From NCBI GenBank assembly GCA_044866355.1, contig JBIOTW010000040.1, forward strand, positions 13,827 through 77,826: a stretch of DNA of 64,000 nucleotides, written 5' to 3'. The stretch is from Candidatus Limnocylindria bacterium. Its GTDB lineage: Bacteria > Chloroflexota > Limnocylindria > QHBO01. A program made the position numbers and the translations under genes. The notes under the pieces are model-generated. The model saw nothing but the letters and a program-made list of their open reading frames with translations, was not told the DNA's origin and ran no database searches. This document shows positions 43,967 to 54,125 of this stretch, piece by piece; positions within the stretch are counted from its first letter, which is position 1; every line of letters starts with the position of its first letter.

Positions 43967-46810
43967 ATGGAGCCTGCCCCCGTGACTGAAGCCGCTGCGC
44001 CTGCCGTCGAGCGCGCCCATCGCGCCGCCAAGCGCTACATCTACGCCTGGGGCGACGGGCGGGCGGAGGGGGACGCGTCGATGCGCGACCTGCTGGGCGG
44101 CAAGGGCGCCGGCCTGGCCGAGATGACCAACGCCGGTCTGCCGGTCCCGCCCGGGTTCACGATCACGACCGAAGCGTGCGTCGACTATTTCGCAGCCGGC
44201 GAGACACTGCCCGAGGGGCTGTGGGAAGACATCCTCGCCGCGGTGGCCGACCTCGAGCGCAGCACCGGAAAGCGCTTCGGCGACGCGGCCAGTCCGCTTC
44301 TCGTCTCGGTCCGCTCGGGCGCCAAGTTCTCGATGCCCGGGATGATGGACACGGTCCTGAACCTGGGCCTCAACCCGGAAACCCGCGACGGGCTGATCGC
44401 GCTGACCGATAACCCGCGCTTTGGCTGGGACGCGTATCGGCGCTTCATCCAGATGTTCGGTCGGATCGTGCTGGACGTGGACGGCACACTGTTCGAGCCC
44501 ATCCTGGAGCGGGTCAAGCACGAGCGAGGCGCCGAGACCGACGGTGACCTGGACGCCGCCGCCCTCCAGGAGGTGGCCGAGGCCTACCTCGAGGTGGTTC
44601 GGTCCAAGACCGGGCACGATTTTCCCGTCGACCCGCTCGAGCAGCTCGACCTCGCGACGCGGGCGGTCTTCGCGTCGTGGTATGGACGCCGGGCCCACGA
44701 CTACCGCGAGTTCAACAAGATCTCGCACGAGCTGGGCACCGCGGTGAACGTGGTGGCCATGGTCTTCGGCAACCTGGGCTCCGACTCGGGGACGGGGGTG
44801 GCATTCACCCGCGACCCGAACACCGGGGAGAAGGTGCTCTACGGGGAGTACCTGACCAACGCCCAGGGCGAGGACGTGGTGGCCGGCGTTCGGACCCCTT
44901 CGCCCATCAGCGCCCTCCGCGACGAGCTGCCGGAGGTGTACGCCGAGTTCGAGCGCATCGCCGAACGGCTGGAGAGCCACTACCGCGACGTCCAGGACAT
45001 GGAGTTCACCATCGAGCGCGGCCGGCTGTACATGCTCCAGACCCGCGCCGCCAAGCGCACGGCGCCGGCCGCGGTGCGGATCGCGGTGGAGATGGTGAGC
45101 GAGGGGATCGTGACCCGCGACGAGGCCCTGCGCCGCGTAGAGCCGGCCCAGGTCGTCCAGCTCCTCCTGCCCCGGTTCGACGAGGCGGCCAAGGCCGGCG
45201 CGGCGGACCGGCTGCTGGCCACCGGCCTCAACGCCTCGCCCGGGGCGGCCACCGGGAAGGCCGTGTTCGAGCCGGATCGCGCGGTCGAGGCGGCCCGCGA
45301 CGGAAGCCCGGTCATCCTGGTCCGGATCGAGACCAGCCCCGACGACGTGCACGGGATGCTGGTCGCACGGGGCGTCCTGACCGCGCGAGGCGGGGCCACC
45401 TCCCATGCCGCAGTGGTGGCCCGGTCGCTGGGCCTGCCGTGCGTGGCCGGGGTCGAGGCCCTGGACATCGACTATGCCGCGCGCGAGATGCGCGTGGGCT
45501 CAGCCACCATTCGCGAGGGCGACACGATCAGCATCGACGGCACCACCGGGCAGGTCTATGCCGGCTCCCTGGCCACCATCGACCCGAACTTCGCGGAGGA
45601 GCGCTACCTGCCCACCCTCCTTGAATGGGCCGACGCCGTGCGCCGGCTCCAGGTGTGGGCCAACGCGGACTACCCGCGCGACGCGGAGCGGGCCCGCGCC
45701 TACGGCGCCCAGGGCATCGGTCTGTGCCGCACCGAGCACATGTTCTTCGAGGAGGCCCGCCTGCCGACCGTGCAGCGCATGATCCTGGCCGCCCTGGACG
45801 CGACCGATGCCAAGCGCCGGCGCGAGGCGGGGGAGACCCTGAGCGCGGACGACGAGGAGGTGATCACGACCTTCGACGCGGCCCTGGCCGAGCTGGAGGT
45901 CATCCAGACCGATGACTTCGCCGGGCTGTTCCGGGTCATGGACGGCCTGCCGGTGGTCATCCGCCTCATCGACCCGCCGCTCCACGAGTTCCTTCCGCCC
46001 CATGACGAGCTCCTGGTCGAGGTCACCCAGCTTCGCGAACGCCTGTCCCGGACCGATGGCGCCGCGGCGGATGCCGCGGCGCTGAAATCCCGCCTGGCCG
46101 AGGTCGAGGAACGGCTGGCCGCGGTGGACTCGATGCGCGAGCAGAACCCGATGCTGGGCATGCGCGGGGTACGGCTGGGGCTCATGATCCCGGACCTGGT
46201 CCGCATGCAGACTCGGGCCATCCTCACCGCCGCGGCCCGGGTGGCGGCCGAGGGGCTGACGCCGCTGCCCGAGATCATGATCCCGCTCGTCGGCCACCAC
46301 AACGAGCTGCGCGAGACGCGCGCCACGCTCGAGGCGGAAGCCAAGGCCGTGGCCGAGCGGTCCGGGCAGACCGTCCATTACCAGTTCGGGACCATGATCG
46401 AGGTTCCGCGCGGGGCGCTCACCGCGGACCAGATCGCGGAGGATGCGGAGTTCTTCAGCTTCGGCACCAACGACCTGACCCAGATGACCTTCGGCTACTC
46501 GCGCGATGACGCCGAGGGCAAGTTCCTGCTGCGCTACGTCGAGCGCAAGATCCTGCCCGACAACCCGTTCCAGGTCCTCGACCGCGAGGGCGTCGGCCAG
46601 CTGGTGCGGATGGCGACCGAGAAGGGCCGCGCGGCCCGGCCGGACATCACGATCGGGATCTGCGGGGAGCACGGCGGCGACCCGGCGAGCATCGCCTTCT
46701 GCCACGAGATCGGTCTCGACTACGTGTCGTGCTCGCCGTTCCGGGTTCCGGTGGCGCGCCTGGCTGCCGCCCAGGCGGCGCTGGCCGAGGGGTCGGAGCG
46801 CGACCGCTAG
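43967..46810 (+). CDS. ppdK: Pyruvate, phosphate dikinase
   Basis: ATP-grasp N-terminus (GGKGAGLAEMTNAGLPVPPGFTITTEAC) is present. Phospho-His region (GGATSHAAVVARSLGLPCV) is present. PEP-utilising C-terminus (GICGEHGGDP) is present. ATG at 43967 inside the longer track ORF. Confidence 0.92.
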   Translation: MEPAPVTEAAAPAVERAHRAAKRYIYAWGDGRAEGDASMRDLLGGKGAGLAEMTNAGLPVPPGFTITTEACVDYFAAGETLPEGLWEDILAAVADLERSTGKRFGDAASPLLVSVRSGAKFSMPGMMDTVLNLGLNPETRDGLIALTDNPRFGWDAYRRFIQMFGRIVLDVDGTLFEPILERVKHERGAETDGDLDAAALQEVAEAYLEVVRSKTGHDFPVDPLEQLDLATRAVFASWYGRRAHDYREFNKISHELGTAVNVVAMVFGNLGSDSGTGVAFTRDPNTGEKVLYGEYLTNAQGEDVVAGVRTPSPISALRDELPEVYAEFERIAERLESHYRDVQDMEFTIERGRLYMLQTRAAKRTAPAAVRIAVEMVSEGIVTRDEALRRVEPAQVVQLLLPRFDEAAKAGAADRLLATGLNASPGAATGKAVFEPDRAVEAARDGSPVILVRIETSPDDVHGMLVARGVLTARGGATSHAAVVARSLGLPCVAGVEALDIDYAAREMRVGSATIREGDTISIDGTTGQVYAGSLATIDPNFAEERYLPTLLEWADAVRRLQVWANADYPRDAERARAYGAQGIGLCRTEHMFFEEARLPTVQRMILAALDATDAKRRREAGETLSADDEEVITTFDAALAELEVIQTDDFAGLFRVMDGLPVVIRLIDPPLHEFLPPHDELLVEVTQLRERLSRTDGAAADAAALKSRLAEVEERLAAVDSMREQNPMLGMRGVRLGLMIPDLVRMQTRAILTAAARVAAEGLTPLPEIMIPLVGHHNELRETRATLEAEAKAVAERSGQTVHYQFGTMIEVPRGALTADQIAEDAEFFSFGTNDLTQMTFGYSRDDAEGKFLLRYVERKILPDNPFQVLDREGVGQLVRMATEKGRAARPDITIGICGEHGGDPASIAFCHEIGLDYVSCSPFRVPVARLAAAQAALAEGSERDR

Positions 46811-46844
46811 CTCTGGCGCCGCCGGGAGCGCCCGGCGGCATCGG

Positions 46845-47987
46845 TCAGGACTTGGGGATCTCCTTGGTCGGGTCGATGAAGGGCATGGGCACCACGGTGG
46901 CCCCCCGCTCCCCATCGGGCGTGGTGACGCGCACCTGGTTCCCGTTGTCCGCCCGCTCGATGGGCAGCCACGCGTACCCGATGTTCCGCTCCAGGCGCGG
47001 CGACCACAGTGCGGTCGTGACCTGGCCCACCGGCGCGCCATCGGCGAGGACCGGCCATTTCGTGAAGTTCATCTCCAGCCGATCCCCGTCGATCTCGACG
47101 CCCACCAGGCGCCGACGGAGGCCGGCCTCGCGTGCCCGACGGAGGGCCTCCTTGCCCATGAACTCGAAGTCGTCGTCCAGGTTGCACAGGCGCTCGAGGC
47201 CCACCTCGAACGGGTTGTGCTCGGTGGTCATGTCGGCGCCCCAGTTCAGGATGCCGCCCTCGACCCGGCGGATGTCGGACGGCCCGGTGGGCCGGATCTG
47301 GAACGGGCGCCCGGCCTCCATGATCCGCTCCCACAGCGCAGTGCCGTACTGCCCGTCCCGCAGGTAGACCTCGTACCCCACCTCGGCGGTCCAGCCGGTG
47401 CGGGTCACGATCACCGGGATGCCGTCCAGGTCGAGCTCGCGGAACCAGTAGTACTTGAGCGTCAGGATGTCGTCGCCGAACAGGGCGGCCACGACGTCCT
47501 TGGATCGGGGCCCCTGGATCTGGACCGGCGACACGTCCGGCTCACCAAGCTGAACGTCCCAGCCCAGGTTGGCGGCCAGACCCATCGCGTAGAGGAGCGC
47601 GTCGGAGCTGGCCAGCGCAAACCAGAAGTGGTTCTCACCCAGGCGCATCATGACCGGGTCGTTGACGATGCCCCCCTCGGGCGTGGTGATGACCACGTAC
47701 TTGCCCTGGCCGACCGCGCACTTCGACAGGTCGCGCGGCGTCAGCAGCTGGGCGAAGCGGAACCCGTCACGGCCCTGGACCTCGAGCTGGCGCTCGACGG
47801 CCACGTCCCACAGCGTCACATGCCGCAGGAGGTGCCAGTACTCGGCCTCGAAGTCGTCGTAGTTGGTCGGGAACAGCATGTGGTTGTACACCGTGTAGCC
47901 CCGCGGGCCGTATGCCTGCTCCGCCTCGTAGAACGGCGATCGCCGAAGCCGCGCTCCACGCTGGACCAGGGACATGTCGAAAGCCAT
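46845..47987 (-). CDS. Glycine-cleavage T-protein family aminomethyltransferase-like protein (folate-binding)
   Basis: 380 aa with GcvT N-terminal and C-terminal barrel domains (motif GYEVYL is present). Confidence 0.7.
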   Translation of the reverse strand: MAFDMSLVQRGARLRRSPFYEAEQAYGPRGYTVYNHMLFPTNYDDFEAEYWHLLRHVTLWDVAVERQLEVQGRDGFRFAQLLTPRDLSKCAVGQGKYVVITTPEGGIVNDPVMMRLGENHFWFALASSDALLYAMGLAANLGWDVQLGEPDVSPVQIQGPRSKDVVAALFGDDILTLKYYWFRELDLDGIPVIVTRTGWTAEVGYEVYLRDGQYGTALWERIMEAGRPFQIRPTGPSDIRRVEGGILNWGADMTTEHNPFEVGLERLCNLDDDFEFMGKEALRRAREAGLRRRLVGVEIDGDRLEMNFTKWPVLADGAPVGQVTTALWSPRLERNIGYAWLPIERADNGNQVRVTTPDGERGATVVPMPFIDPTKEIPKS

Positions 47988-48077
47988 TCGTTGTTCTCCT
48001 GCAGGGACCGATACGGATGCGCCCCTTCTACACGACTGGCCGCCCAGGCCGCACGCTGGTTCAGCGTGACGACGCCC

Positions 48078-49001
48078 TCATTGCGGCCCCGGCAGCGTCT
48101 CGCTGTTGTCCGACCACGATGCGCACTCGGGGTCATTGCCGAAGTCCACGAGTCCGTCCGGTACGAGCTCGTCATCGCGGTCGTTGTTGCACTCAAAGAG
48201 GTTGGGCGGCCCTTCAGAGCCAAATGGGTCGCCCTGACATGCCGGATCCTCTCCCGAGTCCACCAGGTGATCGCCATCGTCATCAATGGAGTTGTTGCAC
48301 TCGTGGTAGTCGAAAGGCGATTCGGTTGGCTGGGTTGGGTTTCCCAGGCAGGCGGGATCGTTCGTGTCGACATACCCATCTGAATCGTTGTCCAACCCAT
48401 CCCCGCATTCCGGAGCCGGCGTCGGAGTGGGCTCTGGGGTTGGCGCGGGCGGGGCGGTTGGCGGCGCGGTTGGCGCGGAGGTCGCAGATGGTCGTGGAGT
48501 GGGCGGTCGCGGGGTTGCACCCGGGGGAGGGGGCGGTTGGGGAGCCGGGGTCACACCGGGGAATGGCGTCTCAAGTCCAGTCGCAGTCGGAGCCTCACCC
48601 GGCGTGGTGTTCTCGGACGGCTGGTCGGTCTGCGTGGCTCCATTCGACGGCATGAACAGGCCCGCCAGCTCGGTCCCTTCGGGCTGGCCGGCTGGTCCCG
48701 CGGGCGGACCAGGTCTTGCGAGCTGAGCGATCCCGAAGCCGACGATCAGGCCCGCCAACACCGTGGCGGTCACCGCCGTCCCAACGCGGGCCCATGCCAT
48801 TCCCACCCGCAGGGGTGATCGCGCGGCGAGGGGCGGTGGGCTGCCGGCCGACCCCACGTCGACGAGCGCCAGGGCATCGAAGGCGCCGAGGCTTGCGGTG
48901 CACCGCTCGCAGACCGAAGCGTGGACCGCGATCTCGCGCGGAGGATCGCCGTGGGCGCCGTCCGCAAGCCACACGTCCAGCTGCGTGTGCAAATCGATCA
49001 T
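48078..49001 (-). CDS. Zinc-finger (zf-HC2) transmembrane anti-sigma factor with Pro-rich linker and three C-terminal Cys-bracketed Asp-rich MopE-like repeats
   Basis: N-terminal H-x3-C-x2-C (VHASVCERCTAS) and one TM helix (AVTATVLAGLIVGFGIAQL) are present. [19 protein letters not shown]...PTPTPAP linker follows. Three repeats then occur, e.g. ECGDGLDNDSDGYVDTNDPAC and ECNNSIDDDGDHLVDSGEDPAC. It overlaps the upstream sigma gene by 4 nt. Confidence 0.75.
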   Translation of the reverse strand: MIDLHTQLDVWLADGAHGDPPREIAVHASVCERCTASLGAFDALALVDVGSAGSPPPLAARSPLRVGMAWARVGTAVTATVLAGLIVGFGIAQLARPGPPAGPAGQPEGTELAGLFMPSNGATQTDQPSENTTPGEAPTATGLETPFPGVTPAPQPPPPPGATPRPPTPRPSATSAPTAPPTAPPAPTPEPTPTPAPECGDGLDNDSDGYVDTNDPACLGNPTQPTESPFDYHECNNSIDDDGDHLVDSGEDPACQGDPFGSEGPPNLFECNNDRDDELVPDGLVDFGNDPECASWSDNSETLPGPQ

Positions 49002-49537
49002 CGCTTGGAGCCCGACTGCACCGGAGCCGCGATGGCGTTCACACGGGTGGTGAGCCTGCCGGTGGGAGGTTTTGCGTTGCGCGTTCGCGATGCGGCGACG
49101 TACGCAGTCAGGTAGTCCCGGCGGGCATGCCGCACTCTGTCGTCACTCCCGACGATTTCGTGCACGTCCGCGGCTGTCAGGCCCTCCACCACGGCTGCGG
49201 CGATCGCCGCGCGTCCCCGGACATCGAGGCTGGCCAGGGCGTCGTAGGCCGCCGGCTCCACGCCAAGTGCCCGCAGCACCTCGCGACGTTCGTGCTCGGT
49301 GGGACGTCGACTGCCCCAGGCCGGACCCCGGGCCTCTCGAGTGAGCCGCGCGCGGAGCCAGGCGGCGGCTCGCTCAGGATGGCGGAGCTGGTCAATCCGA
49401 GCCGCTCCCGCCGCGAGCGTCTCCGCGCTGAGCATCCCGGCCAACCCCCGGTCGCCGAGGGTGACGAGCAGCCCAAACCCGAATAGCCGCTCGCCGTGGA
49501 GCTCGACGAAAGCGTCGTGCAGGGCTCCGTCCTCCAT
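48998..49537 (-). CDS. ECF-type RNA polymerase sigma factor (divergent)
   Basis: 179 aa. Region-2-like LVTLGDRGLAGMLSAETL..AAWLRARLTREA is present. Region-4 HTH-like LDVRGRAAIAAAVVEGLTAADVHEIVGSDDRVRHARRDYL is present. It is translationally coupled to the downstream anti-sigma gene. Confidence 0.65.
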   Translation of the reverse strand: MEDGALHDAFVELHGERLFGFGLLVTLGDRGLAGMLSAETLAAGAARIDQLRHPERAAAWLRARLTREARGPAWGSRRPTEHERREVLRALGVEPAAYDALASLDVRGRAAIAAAVVEGLTAADVHEIVGSDDRVRHARRDYLTAYVAASRTRNAKPPTGRLTTRVNAIAAPVQSGSKR

Positions 49538-49825
49538 GGGGCCGATGGTAGCCGACCGGGCTCACATCCCAATCCAGCCCCGCTCGGGAGCGGGCTACGC
49601 CCCCAGCGTGTACATCGTCACGCGAACGACGTTTTTTGGGACCTCACACGCCCACTCACAGTGAATTTCGGCCCTGTTCACTCACCAGGCGAGTGACCCG
49701 GCGCATCTGACTGCGGCCACGTGACGTTGCACACGTCTGAGGCGTAGCGCGGATGCTCTTGAGAGCCTGCCACGTTTTGGTTGCCGCACCGCATACTTGA
49801 CAGAGCGGTAGAATTGGGTCTGGAC

Positions 49826-49873
49826 TCTTGACAAAGCACTTGACAAATCCCTTGACACGCGCGCCAGGCGCGT
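49826..49873 (+). repeat. Three tandem 12-bp repeats each containing TTGACA (tcTTGACAaagc / acTTGACAaatc / ccTTGACAcgcg) followed by an imperfect palindrome ACGCGC-N5-GCGCGT, 14 bp upstream of dnaG; a fourth TTGACA at 49797 is followed by TAGAAT
   Basis: Read directly from the sequence. They lie in the 349-bp divergent intergenic region between the ECF sigma gene and dnaG. Confidence 0.6.
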
Positions 49874-49886
49874 TGGACTCGCCCCG

Positions 49887-51704
49887 ATGAGCTCAGTCGG
49901 CACCGTCTCTGAGATCAAGTCGCGCCTGCCTGTCACCGAGATCGTGGGCGAGACCGTGAACCTCAAGAAGGCCGGTTCGACGTGGAAGGGTCTCTGCCCA
50001 TTCCACACCGAGCGGACGCCGTCCTTCACCGTCAGCCCCGAGCGCGAGTCGTGGCATTGCTTCGGCTGCGGCGAACACGGGGACATCTTCACCTTCGTCA
50101 TGAAGCGGGACGGGCTCGATTTCCGAGAGGCGCTCAATCGGCTCGCCGAGCGGGCCGGGGTGGAGGTGTCGGCCCGTGGCGCGCGCGAGGATCGGCAACG
50201 CAAGCGCCTGCGCGACGCCCTGGAGTCGGCCATTGCCTGGTATCGGGAGGTTCTCCGCCAGGCGCGTCAGGCCGAGCCCGCTCGCCGATACCTGGCCGAG
50301 CGCGGATTTTCGGATGAGACCCTGGATCAGTTTGGCATCGGCTTCGCGCCTGACAGCTGGGACGCGTTGGTCAAGCGCCTGGCCTCACGCGGATTCTCGT
50401 CCGAGGAAATGATCGCGGCTGGGCTCGCCAGCGGCGGCGGGCGCGGACGGCCGGTGGACCGATTCCGGCGCCGGATCATCGTCCCCATCCGCGACGCGGC
50501 GGGCCGGGCGGTGGGTCTCGGCGGCCGGATCATGCCCGATGGCGAAGGCCCCAAGTACCTGAACTCCCCGGCCACGCCCCTGTTCGACAAGAGTAAGACG
50601 CTGTTCGGGATTGACCGGGCTCGCACCGCCATCCGCCGCGAGAAGCTGGCGGTCATCGTCGAGGGCTATACCGATGTGATGGCCGCCCACCAGGCCGGGT
50701 TCACGAACGTCGTGGCCTCCCTGGGAACCGCCCTCACCCGCGGCCAGGTTGACCTCGCCACCCGCTACGCCGATGCCATCGCCCTCGCGTATGACGTTGA
50801 CCTGGCGGGCGAAGCGGCCACTCAGCGCGGGCTGTTGGAAGAGCTCGGACCCAGCCAGAGCGTGACGCGGGTCCGGGTGGTCCGGATCCCCGCCGGGAAG
50901 GACCCCGACGAGCTGATTCGAACCGATCCGGACGGTTGGCGCCGGGCCGTGGACGAGGCCAAGCCGGTGGTGGAGTACTTCATGGACCGGGTTGCAGCGG
51001 AGGTGGACATCTCGACCGTCGGAGGCAGGCGCGAGATGGCTGGCCGGGTGCTGGCCATCCTTCAGCGAGTGGGGGACGCCGTGGAGCAGGACCTCTATCT
51101 CCAGCAGCTCTCGCGGACGGTGCAGGTTGATGAGCGCGTTCTGCGCGAGGCAATCCGACGGCCGCGAGTCCAACGGGCAAAGCGGACATCGGCGGAGCCG
51201 GTGGGTCCCGGCACTCCCATCCTGGATGCGCTCGAGACGGAGACCCTCGCGCTGCTGATCCGCCATCCGGCCCTGACCGCGGAGCTGGGCGCGAATCCGC
51301 TCCCGTTCGGGCGACCTGAGGCATCGGCCCTGGCTGAGGCGTGGACCGCATGGGTGTCGACTGATTCCGCCTCGAATGGCCGCGACCTGGAGGCCTTCGT
51401 TTCTGAGCTCGATCCGATCTCTTCGGACCTGGCACGGGTAGTTATCCATGCCGTCAACGCCGCACCTCGCCTCGAACCAGCCATGGCCGCCGAGGCGCTT
51501 CGTGTCTGTCGCCTTCGCCTGCGGAGAGCAAGGATCGAGGAGGCCATCGGGGATGGCCGCCACCTGCTCGAGGACGCCGAGCGCGATGGTGACCGCGAGC
51601 TCCTCGAACAGATTGAAACGCACATCACTCGTCTCGGCCGCGAAAAGGCCGATGTCACTCGTCAGTTAGCGACGCCGGCCGTCCCGGCGCAAGGAGGATC
51701 CTGA
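49887..51704 (+). CDS. dnaG: DNA primase
   Basis: Zinc-ribbon [24 protein letters not shown] is present. TOPRIM motif VIVEGYTDV is present. Confidence 0.92.
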   Translation: MSSVGTVSEIKSRLPVTEIVGETVNLKKAGSTWKGLCPFHTERTPSFTVSPERESWHCFGCGEHGDIFTFVMKRDGLDFREALNRLAERAGVEVSARGAREDRQRKRLRDALESAIAWYREVLRQARQAEPARRYLAERGFSDETLDQFGIGFAPDSWDALVKRLASRGFSSEEMIAAGLASGGGRGRPVDRFRRRIIVPIRDAAGRAVGLGGRIMPDGEGPKYLNSPATPLFDKSKTLFGIDRARTAIRREKLAVIVEGYTDVMAAHQAGFTNVVASLGTALTRGQVDLATRYADAIALAYDVDLAGEAATQRGLLEELGPSQSVTRVRVVRIPAGKDPDELIRTDPDGWRRAVDEAKPVVEYFMDRVAAEVDISTVGGRREMAGRVLAILQRVGDAVEQDLYLQQLSRTVQVDERVLREAIRRPRVQRAKRTSAEPVGPGTPILDALETETLALLIRHPALTAELGANPLPFGRPEASALAEAWTAWVSTDSASNGRDLEAFVSELDPISSDLARVVIHAVNAAPRLEPAMAAEALRVCRLRLRRARIEEAIGDGRHLLEDAERDGDRELLEQIETHITRLGREKADVTRQLATPAVPAQGGS

Positions 51705-51706
51705 TC

Positions 51707-54082
51707 GTGGCCCAGGCCAAGACCCCAACCCGCGAAAAGAATCGGGCAGGCGCCAAGGCGCCCGCTCGGACTACGCCGACTGCCAGGGCGGCGCCGGCAC
51801 CCGGACCAGCCAAGGCCAAGCCTTCGGCGTCCAAGGCTTCACCGCTCAAGACGGCAGCCGTGGCCAAGGGCAGCGCCAGCCCATCGCGAGTCGCACCGAA
51901 GGCTGCGGCGGTTAGGGCGGCAGCGGCCAAGGCGGCACCGGCCAAGGCCGCGGCCAAGGCGGCAGCGGTCAAGCCGACGACCAAGCCCGCGGCGAAGCCC
52001 GCAACGGCGAAGGCCGCAGCGGTCAAGCCAACGGCTGGCAAGGCCGTCATGGCGAAGGCAGCCGCGAAGCCATCGTCGGCCAAGGCTCCGGCGACGAAGG
52101 CGGTCGCCCGTGCCACCAAGCTTGCGGGCGCGCCCGCCAGGCAGCCGGCCGCAAAGGCAACGACGGCGAAGCCAGCGGCGACCAAGACGGTGGCTGCCAA
52201 GGTGCCTGTCGCTAAGCCAATCGCGAAGGCCTCCGCCGTCAAGGCAGCCGCCGAACCGAAGGCTGTCAAGCGATCGCCCAAGACGGCCGCGAAGGCGCCG
52301 CCCTCGACACCGGCCACGACTGAGGCCTCCGCCGAAGCGGCTGCCGCGGTCGAGGACCTCCTCTCGCACGGCCGCGAAGACGGCTTCATCACCCACGACC
52401 AGATCCTGGCCGCCGTACCCGCCCCTGAGACCAACCTCGAGCACATCGAAGAGCTCTTCGCCGCCGCCGAGGAGCAGGGGATCGAGGTCCTCGACGCCGA
52501 GAATCAGCCGACCTTCAGCGAGCCGGCGGACGAGGTCGCAGTCGCGGTCCCCGAAGAGGAGGGCCTGGGAGACGGGAAGGCCGAGAAGGAGCCCGAGGAG
52601 GACCTCGAGGCTCTGGCCGCGGACCTCATCGGTATCGACGACCCGGTCCGGATGTACCTCAAGGAGATCGGGAAGGTGGCCCTCCTGACCGCCGAGGAGG
52701 AGGTCGTTCTCGCCAAGGCCATCGAGCTCGGCGAGCTGGCGATCGAGGACCCGGCGCGCGCGATGGTCAACCTGTTCACGTGGGTCACCCTCAACTCGGA
52801 GCCCAAGGCCCGAGCGATGGCCGCCATGCGCGCGTTCGACCTTCCCCAGGAGTCGCCGCGGGTGACGCATGATGCCATCGACTGGTGGGTCGCCAAGAAG
52901 AACCCCATCGAGCGCCCGAACATCCGATTCACCAAGGCCCGGCGCGATCCGGACCTCGACGACGAGGGTCGCGCGCGCATCCTGCAGGCCGAGTCCCTGC
53001 TGAAGTCACTGGCCACCGATCCGGGGCAGGCGCTCAAGGACGCGGTCCTGTTCGGCCACACCTATCGGTTCCGTCAGCTGGAGCACCCCGGCCGTGACGA
53101 GCTGTACGCGCTCGAGCGATGGGCGCGCGAGACGGCGCAGGGGATCGTCCGCGCCTACATCGAAGCCGGGAAGGACGCCGCCTATCTCAAGGAGATGGGC
53201 TACGACCCGGAGGTCCCGCCTGAGGTGCCATTGGAGCGGCGCAGCGGGCGGCTGGTGGATCAGAGCGTCGACGGTCGTCGACGCTTGACCGAGGCCAACC
53301 TCCGGCTGGTGGTCAGCATCGCCAAGAAGTACATCGGCCGCGGCATGAGCTTCCTGGACCTCATCCAGGAGGGGAACATCGGCCTCATCCGGGCGGTCGA
53401 GAAGTTCGAATACGAGAAGGGCTTCAAGTTCAGCACCTACGCCACGTGGTGGATTCGGCAGGCCATCACCCGGGCCATCGCCGACCAGGCCCGGACGATC
53501 CGGATCCCGGTTCACATGGTGGAGACCATCAACCGCCTGATCCGGGTCAGCCGGACCCTGCTTCAGGAGCTCGGCCGCGAGCCGACGGTGGAGGAGATCG
53601 CGCGGCGGATGAGCCGCGACGAGATCGTGCGCGAGCTGCGTGACAAGCTCGAGCGGGAGCCGACCGAGGAAGAGGTTGACCGCCGCGAGGCAGCCGGGCC
53701 CCAGACGGTCAGCCCCGAGAAGGTGCGCGAGATCATGAAGGTCAGCCAGGAGCCGGTCAGCCTCGAGACACCCATCGGCGAGGAGGAAGACAGCCACCTG
53801 GGCGACTTCATCCCGGACCTGGCCAGCGTGGCCCCGGCCGACGCGGCCAGCCACCAGCTCCTCAAGGAGCAGGTGGAAGGCGTGCTCGATTCGCTTACCC
53901 CGCGGGAGCGCCGCGTCCTCCAGCTCCGATTCGGGCTCGAGGACGGCCGTAGCCGCACGCTGGAAGAGGTGGGTCGCGACTTCAACGTGACCCGCGAGCG
54001 GATTCGGCAGATCGAGGCCAAGGCCCTGCGCAAGCTTCGCCACCCCAGCCGCAGCCGCAAGCTGAAGGATTACCTGGAGTAA
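51707..54082 (+). CDS. rpoD: Primary RNA polymerase sigma factor (RpoD/SigA) with about 230-aa Ala/Lys/Pro-rich N-terminal extension
   Basis: Regions 1.2 ([19 protein letters not shown]), 2 ([54 protein letters not shown]), 3 and 4.2 ([30 protein letters not shown]) are present. The N-terminus is AKP low-complexity repeats. The dnaG-rpoD arrangement is classical. Confidence 0.93.
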   Translation: MAQAKTPTREKNRAGAKAPARTTPTARAAPAPGPAKAKPSASKASPLKTAAVAKGSASPSRVAPKAAAVRAAAAKAAPAKAAAKAAAVKPTTKPAAKPATAKAAAVKPTAGKAVMAKAAAKPSSAKAPATKAVARATKLAGAPARQPAAKATTAKPAATKTVAAKVPVAKPIAKASAVKAAAEPKAVKRSPKTAAKAPPSTPATTEASAEAAAAVEDLLSHGREDGFITHDQILAAVPAPETNLEHIEELFAAAEEQGIEVLDAENQPTFSEPADEVAVAVPEEEGLGDGKAEKEPEEDLEALAADLIGIDDPVRMYLKEIGKVALLTAEEEVVLAKAIELGELAIEDPARAMVNLFTWVTLNSEPKARAMAAMRAFDLPQESPRVTHDAIDWWVAKKNPIERPNIRFTKARRDPDLDDEGRARILQAESLLKSLATDPGQALKDAVLFGHTYRFRQLEHPGRDELYALERWARETAQGIVRAYIEAGKDAAYLKEMGYDPEVPPEVPLERRSGRLVDQSVDGRRRLTEANLRLVVSIAKKYIGRGMSFLDLIQEGNIGLIRAVEKFEYEKGFKFSTYATWWIRQAITRAIADQARTIRIPVHMVETINRLIRVSRTLLQELGREPTVEEIARRMSRDEIVRELRDKLEREPTEEEVDRREAAGPQTVSPEKVREIMKVSQEPVSLETPIGEEEDSHLGDFIPDLASVAPADAASHQLLKEQVEGVLDSLTPRERRVLQLRFGLEDGRSRTLEEVGRDFNVTRERIRQIEAKALRKLRHPSRSRKLKDYLE

Positions 54083-54125
54083 CCGCCCAAGGACCGATGC
54101 GGGCGGCGCCAATGTCAGACCGGGG

